From the NCBI RefSeq assembly GCF_964355755.1, contig NC_092676.1, positions 20,416,871-20,480,870 on the forward strand: a stretch of 64,000 bases of DNA. Reading direction: 5' to 3'. Position numbers and translations under genes: made by a program. The notes under the pieces are model-generated. The model saw only the letters and a list, made by a program, of their open reading frames with translations. It had not been told where the DNA came from and ran no database searches. This document shows, piece after piece, positions 13,401 through 26,103 of the stretch (positions within the stretch are counted from its first letter, which is position 1; each line of letters opens with the position of its first letter). Origin of the DNA: Antedon mediterranea. Taxonomy: Eukaryota > Animalia > Echinodermata.

Positions 13401-16400
13401 CAGTTGATTCGCAGCGTTTTACAGAGGGCCGCGGTTAGAGACACAAGAGTTCAATGAGCGTGTTTGTTTGATTGGCAGCAGTGCTTTAGTATAGGCAAGC
13501 GCGTTGTAAAATCGTTTGATGTCACCGTCGATGCATATCCTTCTATTCTTTAATCCATGATCTAACAGAGTCCTTGTACAGAATAGTACACACAGTCCTT
13601 CGGTACTGTGACATAGAACTCTATGCAAATCATGTGCAAACTTATGTTATCCAGTGCCAATCGGTTATCCTGAGCGGTTACAGTAATTTCGATTTTTTTC
13701 AGCATGTTCATTACAAATTGTGTAAGCACATGCTAATTTATGCTAACTCTCTTGCGATAATTCAATGATTACACTGCATCAGATTTAGTTTAATGTGTTT
13801 TTTACGTATAATAAAAGAAAGCAGAATTTTCTGTAATTGGTTGATGTGAAATTAGGGGACATGGCCTATGTTTAGTATGAACACAGTGATTCCTCCTTTT
13901 GGACACCTCCATTAAAAGGACACTTTCCCATGAAACACACTTGTGGCAGAGTACAGTATGCATTAGCACTACTGCCAACCCTGTTCAGGGGACATCCCTA
14001 TTAAGGGGACAGTTGGTTGTGAAGGTGTCCACTTAGTAGAGGTTCAACTGTAGATTCCAGATTAGGTACAGAATAGAGTAACTCAATCATAATGATTTTA
14101 TTCAACTCATAATGATGATGTTTTTGAGATTTATGAGTTTTATTTTAAACTATTATATAAACAAAGCATTAAGCTTATATGAGATCATTTTTGATATTAA
14201 AACATTGAAACACGTCTGACCTTCAATACATTTCACCTGTCTAGCTATACAGTGAGAACAGTTACAATCGAATGTATCATCAATTTCCTGCTATCACAGT
14301 ACATACAACATGTTTCCATTGGTTACGCTGTGCTAAAACATTATTAACAAAACTCTCATTGTGAAAATAATATCCATTCATTTATTTATTTAATAGTATG
14401 TAGGCCACTGACCCAATAATATATAATTAAATTAATATTAGTATAGTATCTCTGGCGGAAGTCTTGATTATTAAAACTTTTATTTTGCATATTCTTATCT
14501 CTTATGTTTAAAGATTAAAAATATTGTCCGCCTGAAAAAATTAATGTTTATTAATATGCCATAATTTAATGTCACATTCATTATTCACTGAAAAATGAAT
14601 CTGAACAAAATTATTTACCTAATAAAGCCATAACTTTATTTACATAAAATAGTTATCCGAAAGCCCATTTTAAAGATTTAAATTGTATTCATCTTTGTTT
14701 TTCATGTTTTTGTGGAAGTAAAACATAATTTTTTCTTTTTCTCTTAAGTACAGTAGATATAATAATACTAATAATAATAATTAATAATAATAAAGATTTT
14801 ATGATAAATGCTTTTAATCTGTATATATAACACTTAGCTTTTGAAGTATATTTGTTATCAGTAATACAATTTATCTCAAATATTCTTCAGGTGAAAAAAC
14901 TACAAGACAAGGTTGAGAAGTGTAGAAATGAATGCGAGAAAACCAAAGATAAATACACAAAGGCACTGGAAGACATCACGGGAATGAACGCACGTTATAT
15001 GGAAGACATGAATATGCATTTTGACAAGACGCAGCAGTTTGAACAAAGCCGACTTGATTTCTTTAAGGAAACGTTGCTACAGCTACACCAAGTACTTGAT
15101 CTGTCACAAAATCAACAGTAAGCTTAAAATGTTATCTTATACCCCTACAGTGTCCCCACAAAATAGGGTTGTACTTTTGAATAGTGGTTGACTGTAGTGT
15201 TAAAACCCTTTTGCCCTTATTTCTTTATACAGGAAAATGGTGTGTGTCCCTTGATAGGAATTTCCCAAAGAAAGATTTCTAATTTGTACTGTATTAAAAA
15301 TAAATCCATTTTCCCAGAAACAGACATTATACAGATCTTATATTTTTCAATATTATTTTCTGTATTCAAAATTCTGTAAGAAAAACTGTAGCATTATTTT
15401 ATGATGCAGTTCTACATAGTTTCCAGGCATGAGTATTTCCAAGTACTTGATCTTTCACAAAATAAAGCACAGCAAAAAGCTATCTATCTTACATACAGTA
15501 CTATCTATTTCGAAAACAAATCCAATTTCTTAGAAATAGTAATGGAATTACTGTCCTAACAAAAATGTATACAATCACTTGTTTGATTGTGTGTTTTTGA
15601 ATTCTTGTGAGAAAGAATAACCGTATATTATGATGCAGTTCTGCTTATTGTATTTACTGTTAGTTATTGTACCAGGCAATAATATTCTCACTGACATAGT
15701 GATTATTCTTTTTAAATATTACCATTAAATAGTACATTTTCTAACAATATATATTGTATTGCGTGTAATGTTAAAACTATTTAAATATTTATATTATGAT
15801 GCAGTTTTGCATATTTGATATACTATTACTCAGGCAATAAGTATTCTCACTGACAGAGTGATTATTATTTTTAAACTTTACCATTAAATAGTACGTGTGT
15901 AATGTTTAAACTATTTAAACTATTTGCAATGTCAAAATAACAAAAGGCAAGGTGCATATTGTGACTTGTATAAGCCTATTCTATGTTAATACAGTTCAGG
16001 AACTTTGAATTAGATTGAAAATATAGATAACAATGAAAGGAAATTAGAATAAAGAATAGTAAGTGAAAAACGATAAAAGAAACTTGTCACACACTCGTAA
16101 CTCGGACCTTAATATAATATTTTTCTTATCAATTAGACCACTAGACCTTGTGTTGTTATAGCTAGGTATGTTCGGTTTTTCCGGTTTTTTACTGCTCATC
16201 TGTGTAAATTGACCTTTAGCCTAGTATGAGTCTTCAAACTACTAGATGTGCTAGTATTAGATTAAGCCATGTTCTTAATAATTGAAGATACTCATTAATT
16301 AATGGACTATATGGTTTAAATTAAAATATTGTACCTACCATCATTGTTTGTGCTCTGCATTATTTTTTTTGTTTATATTTTGATCTAATGTGAACTTTGA

Positions 16401-19400
16401 CATTTGATTAACATCGCAGATGTTTTAACACTAACAGTAAATTCATAAACTTATGTATTTGTAACAAAAAAGTAATTTTATCTTTTTATAGATTTACTCA
16501 AGTTTATTCAAACTTTGTTACAACGGTACAAAATGCTGACTCGGACAAGGATCTCAAATGGTGGAAAAACACAAACGGATCGGGCATGCCCATGAACTGG
16601 CCTACATTTGAGGTAATCTTGTTGCTTGAATATCGGGCTACTTAATAATTTGTATTGAATTTTGTGTGAAAACTAGCAATAATTTAAAACCTATACTGTT
16701 AAACAACATTTCAAAATATTAATATAGTATTAGCTTGATCTAAAAGTAATTGAATAAGATATATTCATTTCCTCATCAAATTCTCTAAATAATCGTAAAC
16801 TATGTAACAGTATACAAAAAACGAAATTAATTTAAAAACGTTTCTCAACACATTTACAATACATGTACTGGAATGCATAAGTGAAAATGAAATTAAATAA
16901 AAAACATTTTTCAACACAATAACAATACATGTACTGGGATGCATAACTGAAAATTAAATTACAAATTAATAAAATTGAGAAAAAAAATTTAAAAAACTAC
17001 CATTTCAATAGGAATATTCTGAAGATTTATCACGAGCGATCACGTCAAAGAAATCAAGAGGAAACGTGAGCGGGGTCGGAGATAAAGGCGTGGCAATATC
17101 CTCGTACCGATCGACGTCAGAGTATTCAAATCAAGATTACAACACGATGAGCAGGTTTGTTAGCAATTGTTTGTTTTCATTTGTTTTGTTTAACTATTCT
17201 TTTGTTTGTTTTCTTAGTTAATTATTTGTTTTGAGTCGTTTACTTTAGTTAGGTTTGTTTTTGTTTCACTTGCGTATTTTATTTTTGAGAATGTTAATGT
17301 TTTTTCATTAATTTGTTTTATCTGTTGTTTAAGTCTATTTGGTGTATTTATAATTTATTATTTGTCTACTTGTATTTTGTTGGTCCTTTTGTTTGGTTTT
17401 TATTGTTACTGTATTGTAGAAGTTAGTGGCCAAGTGTCGTCTAGTCAAACTGTAATGTTCTTAGGTCCCCTAATGATCAGCTTTGGCTGGATGGATGGAC
17501 CACCTCTTAAAACATTGTTGAAGTAAATAAATAAAACAATACAAAAACTTCAAAACATTTGACCATAAACGAATAAGGACTTCTTTTGTTTGAAATTTTA
17601 AATATATAAATGTATGAGAAATAATTCTTTTTCATGTTTTATTTAAATTTATTATAATTATTGCTTACATAATTTTAGGTATAAAAAGAAACTACATAAA
17701 AGGTATATTTGGCTTCATAACTGCAGCAAAAAAGAAGAAAAAAAACACAATTTTCCATAAATTGATTTTTTCCCCTGATTTATTTTCTATGTTTTAGTTT
17801 GAATCAGAAATCTATAAATTAAAATATTGCAGTGCATTTCTAGAATAACCATAATTTAAAAATTTGTTTTCTGCATTTGCAGCTTTCTTATGAATAGAGA
17901 AAATTTTTTTAATATATTTCCTTTTTTCATATTACAAGTATAGTTGTATAGTTTAATTATTAAGAAAATGCAAAATTGGAATCATTTGTTTGTCAAAAAA
18001 TCGTTTAGTTTGATTACACAATGGTGGAACCCCTATTAAGAAACCCCCTGGTATAATAGGGGTTTCCTAAAGAAAATATTCTACATTATTTTAATGCTCG
18101 TCATTTTTAAATATTAATTTCTTGGTAACTGTGTATTAATATTGCTCTGCTATCAGTATATGCAATTATAGAGATTTTATTTGCATATGTGTGCTATATA
18201 AATAATGTATTTTCTAAACAAATAAGACTTCAAAGAAAGAAATTATTTAATATGCAAATATTGTTTGATATTTATCATTGTTGAATGAAAAATATGCTGT
18301 TTGCATTTAAAAAACAAAGTTTATACTGCTTTAACAAAAATAACACTGTAGCATACATATGTAAATACAGATCTGTGAATTCTTCTGTGTTGGTTACTAA
18401 CAAAAGCGTATAGCTCTGAGAACCTTTTAAATATTTATCACAGATTTACTGGCATCTATAGGCAGAGGGTGACCTTTAACCCCTATGATTCTACTGTAGA
18501 GTGAGTGTAATGTTCACATAGTATAATGGTTTTTCTTAGAACTTGGTTGAATGTTTTATTTGCATGTTTTATTTTTAGACAATTTATACGCTTTATTTTT
18601 AGACAATTTATACTGTTTCACTAATTCCTCTGGCTATATCTTACAAATAGAAGCTAGATAGTTTTTCCATTTCATTTTGCTTTATTTGATTTACACTCTC
18701 CCAAAATCAGACTTTAGTTTGGTCTAAAAAGTTCCAAATTTGTTGAGGTAATTAAAAAAAAAAAAAATACTTATGACAGCGTCTCCTTAGAGATTTAGCA
18801 ATGAGTACAAAAATAAAAAATAATATGTTATGTAAAAAAAAACCCAAAACAGGCAGTATTTTAAATGTTTTTAATAAATAAATTATTATTTGCATTTTTT
18901 CCAAGATACTGGCAACCCGAAAGGCAATTCTAAATGTTTAAACATTGTTTAAAAAATAATTTAAACAATTTTGTAATTACCATTTAAAATTTATTTTAAA
19001 TATTAAAATCTTGTTCTATCCCCTGAGTGTCTGGTATTGGGAGAGTGCCTATTCTTCTATTACAACTTACTAGAGTAGAACTCCTATTAAGGATACATTT
19101 TGGGACCCTTAAATGGAATGTCCCCTAAATGAGGAATATCCCTAAGGAAGGGTTCTACTGTAAATTAAATTGGTTTATTTTCTTACAGTAGTGGCGTAAA
19201 TAAGCTTTCTTTTTGAAATTGGAAACAATTTTTAACCATCCATTTCAAATTAGTTTCTATTTATACAAGAATTTATTTGTACTGATGTTCAGTTTCAACA
19301 ACTCAAATCACAACTTTTCATAGATATAATATTCACTGTGCTCTTTGAATCAAGTGCCCCCTAATAATAATAATAATAATAATAATATAAGGGTCACTAT

Positions 19401-22400
19401 TAACAGGGTGCTCATTAATCCAATAAAGCAATCAAAATGGTTTAGTGCTATTAAAAAATAAATATATATAGAATTTGATTAGAAACGTAGTTAATTTTGA
19501 TTGTTAGTTTCATCAAGGGAATCTAACCACAGGATGCTAAGCTCAAAGGGTTTATCTGTGGCTGCGACAGGATCAATTGCCCTTAACAGCCCCTCGTGCA
19601 CCGCGGACAATATGTACATATTACATTACTGTTGGTATTTGTCGCAGCCAGACATAAGATCAAAAGACTGTTACAAATTCCTATCTTGGCAAGGCGAGCT
19701 CAGTGTCCTGTTGTTAGATTGCCTTGGTTCCATCAGATATTTCTCTGATTTTAATAGAAAATCATTTCTCATGAGTATAACAGCAAAATTAGTTTAGAAG
19801 AATTTTAATGCGGAATATAATATATGTTACTTATGAATTTATCAGTATGTAAATATTCCAGAAATGCAAGTATAAAGAAAAGAAAAGCATGTAGAGGTAT
19901 TTAAAAATTTAGTAGTAGCTTAGGTATTTAAACGAGTAGTTTGAATAGTTATAATTATCATCAGCTAGGTAGTCAACTATCGCTTTTGCTGAATTTTTCT
20001 TAGAAGCATTTACATATGATCATTTGATATTTATTTACTTTCTTTTGTGTTTTTCTTGAGCTTTTTCATTTAGAGGTGTTTTTCATTTACTTTTCTCAAA
20101 CAGTGGCATCCCCAGCTGTATATTCCTTGCTAGAGATTTTTTCGTATAGGCTGATCAAAATCACTTTATAGGGGGTTAAATGTCAAAGGTCAAGCTTTGC
20201 CCTTGTCAGCTGGTACTGCCACTGTTTGTATCTTCATTATTGTTTATTTTATATCTTATTGTCATTGTAAATTGATCATGAAATTCATTCATTGCACCGA
20301 TATATAGGAATAATGGGGAAGTAGAAAATCAGGTTTACACTTCATACAGGTGAGTCGGTGTGTGTTACATGCTGTGATGTCTGTCGCTTTGTTTTTTCAT
20401 TGTTGTTGGTTTCATGAGTGCAGGCTAACTAAACCATTATATTAGCACGGCCATTTTACTTGTATCATCATTTTCTAATCAAGCTATGTGGTGGAGGTTT
20501 TTGGTTTAAGAATTGCGCACTGGTAAAGTTACATCTAGTATTTAATGTTGTACTGAGTATAGCAACATCCCACAAAATACAGTCAACTCTCAAAACTGAG
20601 AGAAAATCGATAACTCTTGCAAAACAGACCTTTCTTTTTCCTCCTAATTCTTTCATTTTGAAATGCACTTTGAAAAAAGTAAAAAATGGCTAGCCCTGGT
20701 TTTCAACCAATTTCTTCTCAATAACCATCAGGTGACATGCAAAATATCTTTTATATTAAACTTGTTGCTTATTGTTTAAATGATAATGGAAACATATATG
20801 GTACACTATCTCAATACATTTTATTCAATACTATAATACATAATTATCAAAATATTGAAAATAATCATTTATTAAGTCATATTAACAAATCTATTTTTTA
20901 AAATAATTCTATTGTGATGCAGTGTGTCAAATTTTAAATTCAGCCAATAATAATTATATATTAGATATAGACTTCCTTGGCTACAGATAATAATAACAGT
21001 TCAATTTGAATTTTATTCAATTTACTGAAACTATATATGGCATGAGTATTGCAGTACCGTATATTCATTATTGTGCAAAATATTTTGTTTAATTGATTGA
21101 ATAAGAGTATAACCCTTTTCTATCACACTGCTTTTTTTTATCTATGTGAAGTGCTTCACTGAAACTTTATTTATAAGTGCAATAGATTTATTCTAAATGT
21201 CAAGTATTTGAATTAATTGTGAATACTTGACAAAGTAACATTAATAACATTTAGGTACAATACTATTTATATACTGACATTCTTTCCTAATACATATGAG
21301 TATTCTGTTTTGAGTTTTCTGAATATAGTAGAACCGTATATAACAGGTTCCACTGTATGTATATTTTCAGATTTCAGTAGAACCCCTATTAAGGGACACC
21401 TTCAGGACCCAACAAAAGGTCCCCCTAATAGTGGGGTCCTTTGAGTATGGGTTGGCTGTATTAAAAACATATAGGTTCTTGTTCATTTTACTGGGAAGTG
21501 TCCCTTCAATAGGGTTGTCCCAATATAGTTCAACTGTATCTGTATATATTTTCAGATTTCAGTAGAACCCCTATTAAGGGGACACCTTCATTATAGTGTC
21601 CCCTTAATACAGATGTCCCTAGGAGTGGCTGTAGGCTGTGACTGTTAAAAAAAATTTTGTTTGTTTTACTGTAAGAAAAAGTGTCCCTTTAATAGTGTTG
21701 TCCCAGTATAAGTGTTCTACTGTATTTTGAGATTTTAATATTTAACCAATATATTGTTAGTTTAACAAGTGTGTCAATCATGGATATTATTATATTATTA
21801 CTTTCTATGCTTCCCAAATTGCAGTAAAACTCTTATTAAGGGGACTCCTTCAGGACCCAGAAAAGTTTCCCCTTCATAAAAATGCCCTATCCCTTGAATA
21901 GGGTTGGCTGTAGGGTTAAAAAATACATTCCTTATTCGTTTTACACTGTAGGAAAGTGTCCCCATATAGGGGTTGTACTGTATTTTGAGATTATTATCTA
22001 GTACTGTATATTGGTAGTGTGTTATTTACATTTTTAGCAGTGGCATGAATCATGCATATTATATTATTATTACTTTCTATGCTTACTCTTGGTTTGCTGT
22101 GTTCATTGTGTGCTTTTTGTGGATAAATAACGTAAACAATAAATTATAAACATGGTTGCAGTGATGTCATTGGTTGTGGGAAATTGATAATTAATATTAC
22201 TTTTTATTAGCTTTACGTAATATATACAGATTGTAATAATATGACTAACTATAACAATCAAATATTCGCTGCTAGAAAGAATAATAATCATTTTCACAAG
22301 TGTAACTGTAATTGGAAAATAGGGGAAACAAGTGAAATCCTTGGGTAACAAATACTGTATACTTGTACACTCATAAATAATTCAATAAGTATGTTGAATT

Positions 22401-25068
22401 GACTTAATAATATTTACTATAGAAGTTACAATGTACTCCAGTAAACACAATGCATACATGTCTTCATACAAACTTAGTTTGTAAATACACAACTAGATTA
22501 AAACATTAAATTCATGTTTTATAGCAAAAGGTTACTTTAAGAATTAGATCTTGTGATTTTGATATGTATATAGTCATATGATTTGCTTATGATAATTTTA
22601 TATTATATCGTTTATTATGTCACATCCTTTTTAATCATATCAATCTGATTATTTTTTTATATTTATTTTATTATAATGAATTTTGTTTTTCAGTACTCAA
22701 TCGGGATATTCTGGCGACCAGGATCCATCGGCTTACAATAATTATGGGTAAGATTGACAAAGGTGTAATTCAAACATAAAATACCATGTTAAATGGTTCT
22801 GGTGGGAGAACGAGTCTTCTCGGACTATAAACCGTAGGTCCAGTGTACACATTTAGCTCATGTGCACGCACCTTAAAGAACCTCTTTCGAGATGAGTAGG
22901 GGGTTACCCTGGTGTACTAGTACACACACAGCCACTGATCATAACTGGGCCTTATGGGAGACCAGTCTTTGTCTGAAGAGGTTACCCAGTATATAATAAA
23001 TAATAGAAAACTCTGTCTGTGGAGAACATCTCAATATTCCCTAGTATTTCCATTGTCATACATATCTGTTTTGAATTTTCACTACTTCCTGTTCTGTCAT
23101 GTTATTTAATGTACATTTCAAATTTTGAATTTTGGCTGTGCACGTGAACAGCACATGTTCTTATATATTTCTTGTAACCCTATTCATTAATTGTATAAGC
23201 TTTCATTGGACAATAATATGATATGAAAAACAGCACTAAAGCTGTTTTTTTCCACTAGGCAAATTTATTCTTTTCTTTGTATTTTCCTCTATTTTTCTCA
23301 ACAAATCACACTCAAGAATGTTTGATTTGCGCTAATGTATACGACTAGTGGAAAACAGGCTTAATGTAATACAGAATAAAGGTTAAATAATTTAAGAATC
23401 TCTCCCCCAACATCCAAATCCCCACCAGTTGTTGAATCAAAGAATGTTGCCTGTGTTCAGAAATTCTAATTTGAGACCACAACCTTAACATTTCTATAGC
23501 TAAACGTATATGTATGTTTTAAGTACCTTTGTTATTTAATACAGGCTCAATATACCCTGTTAAAACCAAGATAAATGAAATTACACAATGCTTTTGAATG
23601 TAATTTGTACTTGTTTATATGTACACAATAAAACTGTTAACACAACGATATTAATTAATTGTTTAGGAAATTTCTGGTAGAAACTAAACAACATTACCAC
23701 CCAAATGTTTATAAAATAAAAATAAAGAATATACAGTATTGCATTATTTATTATCCTTGTAACTTCATACAAACATTTCCATTTTGCATTTCCTCATAAA
23801 TATTGAGAGCCTTTACATTTACGCTACACTTAATACTATCAATTTACTTTACCTTGAACAATGAAAACGGTGTACGGTAGTTTAATTAAACATGTCTGGA
23901 AGTAATAAACAAGTATGAGTTCTAGTTCGGCATTTGTGCCAAAAATATAAAAACAAATCATGATTTTGTTCTTGTAAAATCTTGAGATGATGACCAATTA
24001 ACTAATTTGTCAATTCTTTATGCTAGTTCTGATCCTGATGGAGGAAATCCATTCGATGATGAGGATCATGAAGATCATGATGAGATGAACGGAGAAGGAA
24101 TTCAGGTGAGGGCGCTATATGATTACACAGGAGCTGAATCAGACGAACTTACATTCAATCAAGGTATGCCATTTTTGTAATTTTAACCCACATTCACAAA
24201 TCTGACCTCTGTGTCTGTGCCCCAGGACTTGAATCTAGGTCAATGTCAGGTTAACAACCAAGATTTATCAATAAGCTCTGTCTACACTATCAAACTTTAT
24301 GTGACATGCTCATATAGACAAGATGAAGTCATATCACCATATATGGGCACATTGGTTTGATAGTGTAGACATAGATTTAGACCAAGTTTAAATTGTAGAA
24401 TTAATATTTTGTCTGTTGAAATCTTTTGAGGAATGAGATTATGGCAAATAAGACTGAGTTTATAAACAACATTGCCATTTATGAATTATAAATAACCTGT
24501 GAATGAATACTGTAATGACATAACTTTATAAATATTTGGTTCAAGTACATGTGAAATAATTATGATCTTTTCAAATTTCAATGATTTTTATTAATATTGA
24601 TATGGTTTAAAGTTTATTTTTAATAAAAAGACATTTGAGTGCATCATAATATAGAGAGAATACAGTATCAGAAATATCTTCACATCCCATAATGTTATTA
24701 AATTATCTTACCCAAGCATACAATCAGTATGGCTCAGACAGGTTCGAACCCATGCCTTTCACATACTAATCAAATATCCTTACTATTATGTCATATCACT
24801 TTAAATACAGCAGGCAATATCCACCAGGGCCATGTTTCTTAACTTTGGTGATTTGACAAGAAACTTTTTTTAATGTGGTATTGCCATATATTGTACAATA
24901 AATTCTATACTGTACATAGGCCTATTATACTGTACTATATTGTACTTGTATTTATTTACAGGTGATATTATCATAAAGTTAGAAGACGAGGATGAGCAGG
25001 GTTGGTGTAAAGGTCGTATACACGGTCATGTCGGTCTTTACCCGGCAAGTTATGGGGAATCGATTTAG
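7446..25068 (+). CDS. PACSIN: PACSIN/syndapin (F-BAR + NPF + SH3), spliced; ~429 aa without the linker mini-exons
   Basis: Exons with GT-AG ends and consistent phase: 7446-7659 (MSEQ...[25 protein letters not shown]...LIEKG), 8339-8541 (PEYGT...[17 protein letters not shown], wedge loop), 10918-11055 (AQKPWAKLY...MSPDQ), 14891-15117 ([11 protein letters not shown]...), 16492-16612 ([21 protein letters not shown]), 17012-17154 (EYSEDL...), [linker mini-exons], 24027-24163 (GGNPFDD...[17 protein letters not shown]), 24962-25068 ([12 protein letters not shown]...[11 protein letters not shown]). These are hallmark PACSIN motifs. Confidence 0.96.
8510..8740 (+). repeat. 135-bp-period tandem duplication spanning a PACSIN 5' splice site
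   Basis: aaaccattgaagct(g/t)atgaagcttttagaaaaGTAAGT...gagggtggtggg at 8510 and 8645. Confidence 0.9.
9680..9837. mobile_element. MITE family A copy
   Basis: Both TIRs and the internal sequence match copy 1. Confidence 0.85.
12236..13559. mobile_element. Non-autonomous P-element-like DNA transposon (1.32 kb)
   Basis: ~34-bp TIRs CATGaATTAAAGAATAGAAGGATATGCATCGACG / CGTCGATGCATATCCTTCTATTCTTTAATcCATG; 7-bp TSD ATCGAAC/ATCTAAC. Confidence 0.8.
17679..17702 (+). CDS. PACSIN: Candidate 24-nt PACSIN microexon (R-YKKKLHK)
   Basis: ttgcttacataattttAG|gtataaaaagaaactacataaaag|GTatat; phase 2-2, frame-preserving, no stop; weak donor. Confidence 0.4.
18462..18500 (+). CDS. PACSIN: Candidate 39-nt PACSIN mini-exon ([13 protein letters not shown]); an alternative in-frame acceptor at 18444 gives 57 nt
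   Basis: ctatAG|gcagagg...ctgtaga|GTGAGT; phase 2-2; TACTAAC branch point at ~18395; TGCATG at 18561. Confidence 0.65.
19512..19728 (+). other. Intronic fold-back, candidate structured RNA element
   Basis: 33-bp outer stem (19512-19544 with 19696-19728) and 11-bp inner stem (19559-19569 with 19640-19650); several deviations are G-U pairs on the sense strand. Confidence 0.55.
20308..20349 (+). CDS. PACSIN: Candidate 42-nt PACSIN mini-exon ([13 protein letters not shown])
   Basis: atatAG|gaataat...tcatacag|GTGAGT; phase 2-2, open frame, strong donor. Confidence 0.7.
21327..21982. mobile_element. Tandem cluster of Tc1/mariner-type MITEs (CAGTAGAACCCC...GGGGACAC...GTGTCCCC...TTCTACTG)
   Basis: Three or more adjacent copies with CAGT/ACTG termini. 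Degenerate relatives at ~281-376, 13884-14052, 19073-19162 and 38123-38721. Confidence 0.7.
22694..22747 (+). CDS. PACSIN: 54-nt PACSIN linker exon ([18 protein letters not shown])
   Basis: Polypyrimidine tract + cAG acceptor, GTAAGA donor, phase 2-2, open frame. Confidence 0.82.
22797..22995 (+). mobile_element. SINE fragment with a Deu/Nin-like conserved core
   Basis: gtcttctcgga..ctataaaccgtaggtcc...ttaaagaacc...ttcgagatgagtagggggttaccctggtgt resembles the DeuSINE core as I recall it; related copy at ~52698-52900. Confidence 0.6.
24272..24379. mobile_element. MITE family A copy (internally deleted)
   Basis: aagctctgtctacactatcaaac...gtttgatagtgtagac. Confidence 0.8.
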
Positions 25069-26103
25069 AACTGACAGTGATAAGTAGATATGTTGCACTT
25101 TGTATTAACAAAGCAAAGTAACAAACTAGATAATATGGAGCTTTTGAATTTGTGATGGCAGTATAACAGCATGGAAAGTTCATCAACTGTGTTATAACAT
25201 AACATACATTATGATAAGTTGCGTTTTTAAACTGAGCATTAAACCGAGGAATACCTTACCTTATATGAATCCGCGGTTTGCTGTGTTGTGCTACCGTTAC
25301 AAATTAAAAGCTCACTACTTACATTTTATATTTTTTAATTCCTTCACTCAATTTCTCTAATAATAATTTACCTTTTATAATCTTACTAAAATCGTGTTTG
25401 TACATTGTATGTATCTTTTTTCACCTCACTGGCTTATCATACGTCAAGCATACATTAAACAAACGTGTTGTATAATAAAAGTATAAATATTGGACAAATC
25501 TTTTTTTTTCATTTATTAATATTAATTAAATAATAGGGATTATGATTTCATCTAATGTATTTGCAAATAATATGTTTTAAGTAATAACAAATTCAGAAGA
25601 AAAATATCTTTATTTAAATTCATGTTCATTATGTTAATGCCAGTTTTCTTAAAATTTATTACCTGAAATTGTTTATATATTACAAAAGTTTAAGCTTTCA
25701 GCAAAATAGGTTAATAAAGATCTAATATTTTTATAAAAACCATAAAAAATTATTATTTAATAAGAATATGTATAATTGGTGTAAAACAGATGACAGATGG
25801 AAAGAAACATAATGTAATGGAAAGTGGTTGTATAAATAATTTGAATGTCTGTTAGTTATTAAATGAAATATAGTTAGTTAAGTTATATATTGGTACGTTG
25901 TACACTATTGGATTTGTTCTTGTAAGCTGTATATTTTAATAATTTTTAGCCTGTTATTAGCAGTTGTTGTGCGTAAAAACCTCCCCAGAAAAGTTTCAGT
26001 TTCAGGCCATGTGATCTAATTTCTTCAAGTTTCAGTTTTTAGGAATTCTGTTAAAATCAGAGAGATGATTGATAGGAAAAGTGAATATATTATACACGTT
26101 TCT

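Noticed and set aside
19520-19535. Telomerase RNA template (CTAACC) or hammerhead ribozyme in the fold-back
   Set aside because: Only a partial template that lies inside a stem; no CTGATGA/GAAA hammerhead core.
22162-22172. Additional PACSIN microexon (cag|tgatgtcattg|gt)
   Set aside because: 11 nt, frame-shifting, with a weak donor and no pyrimidine tract.
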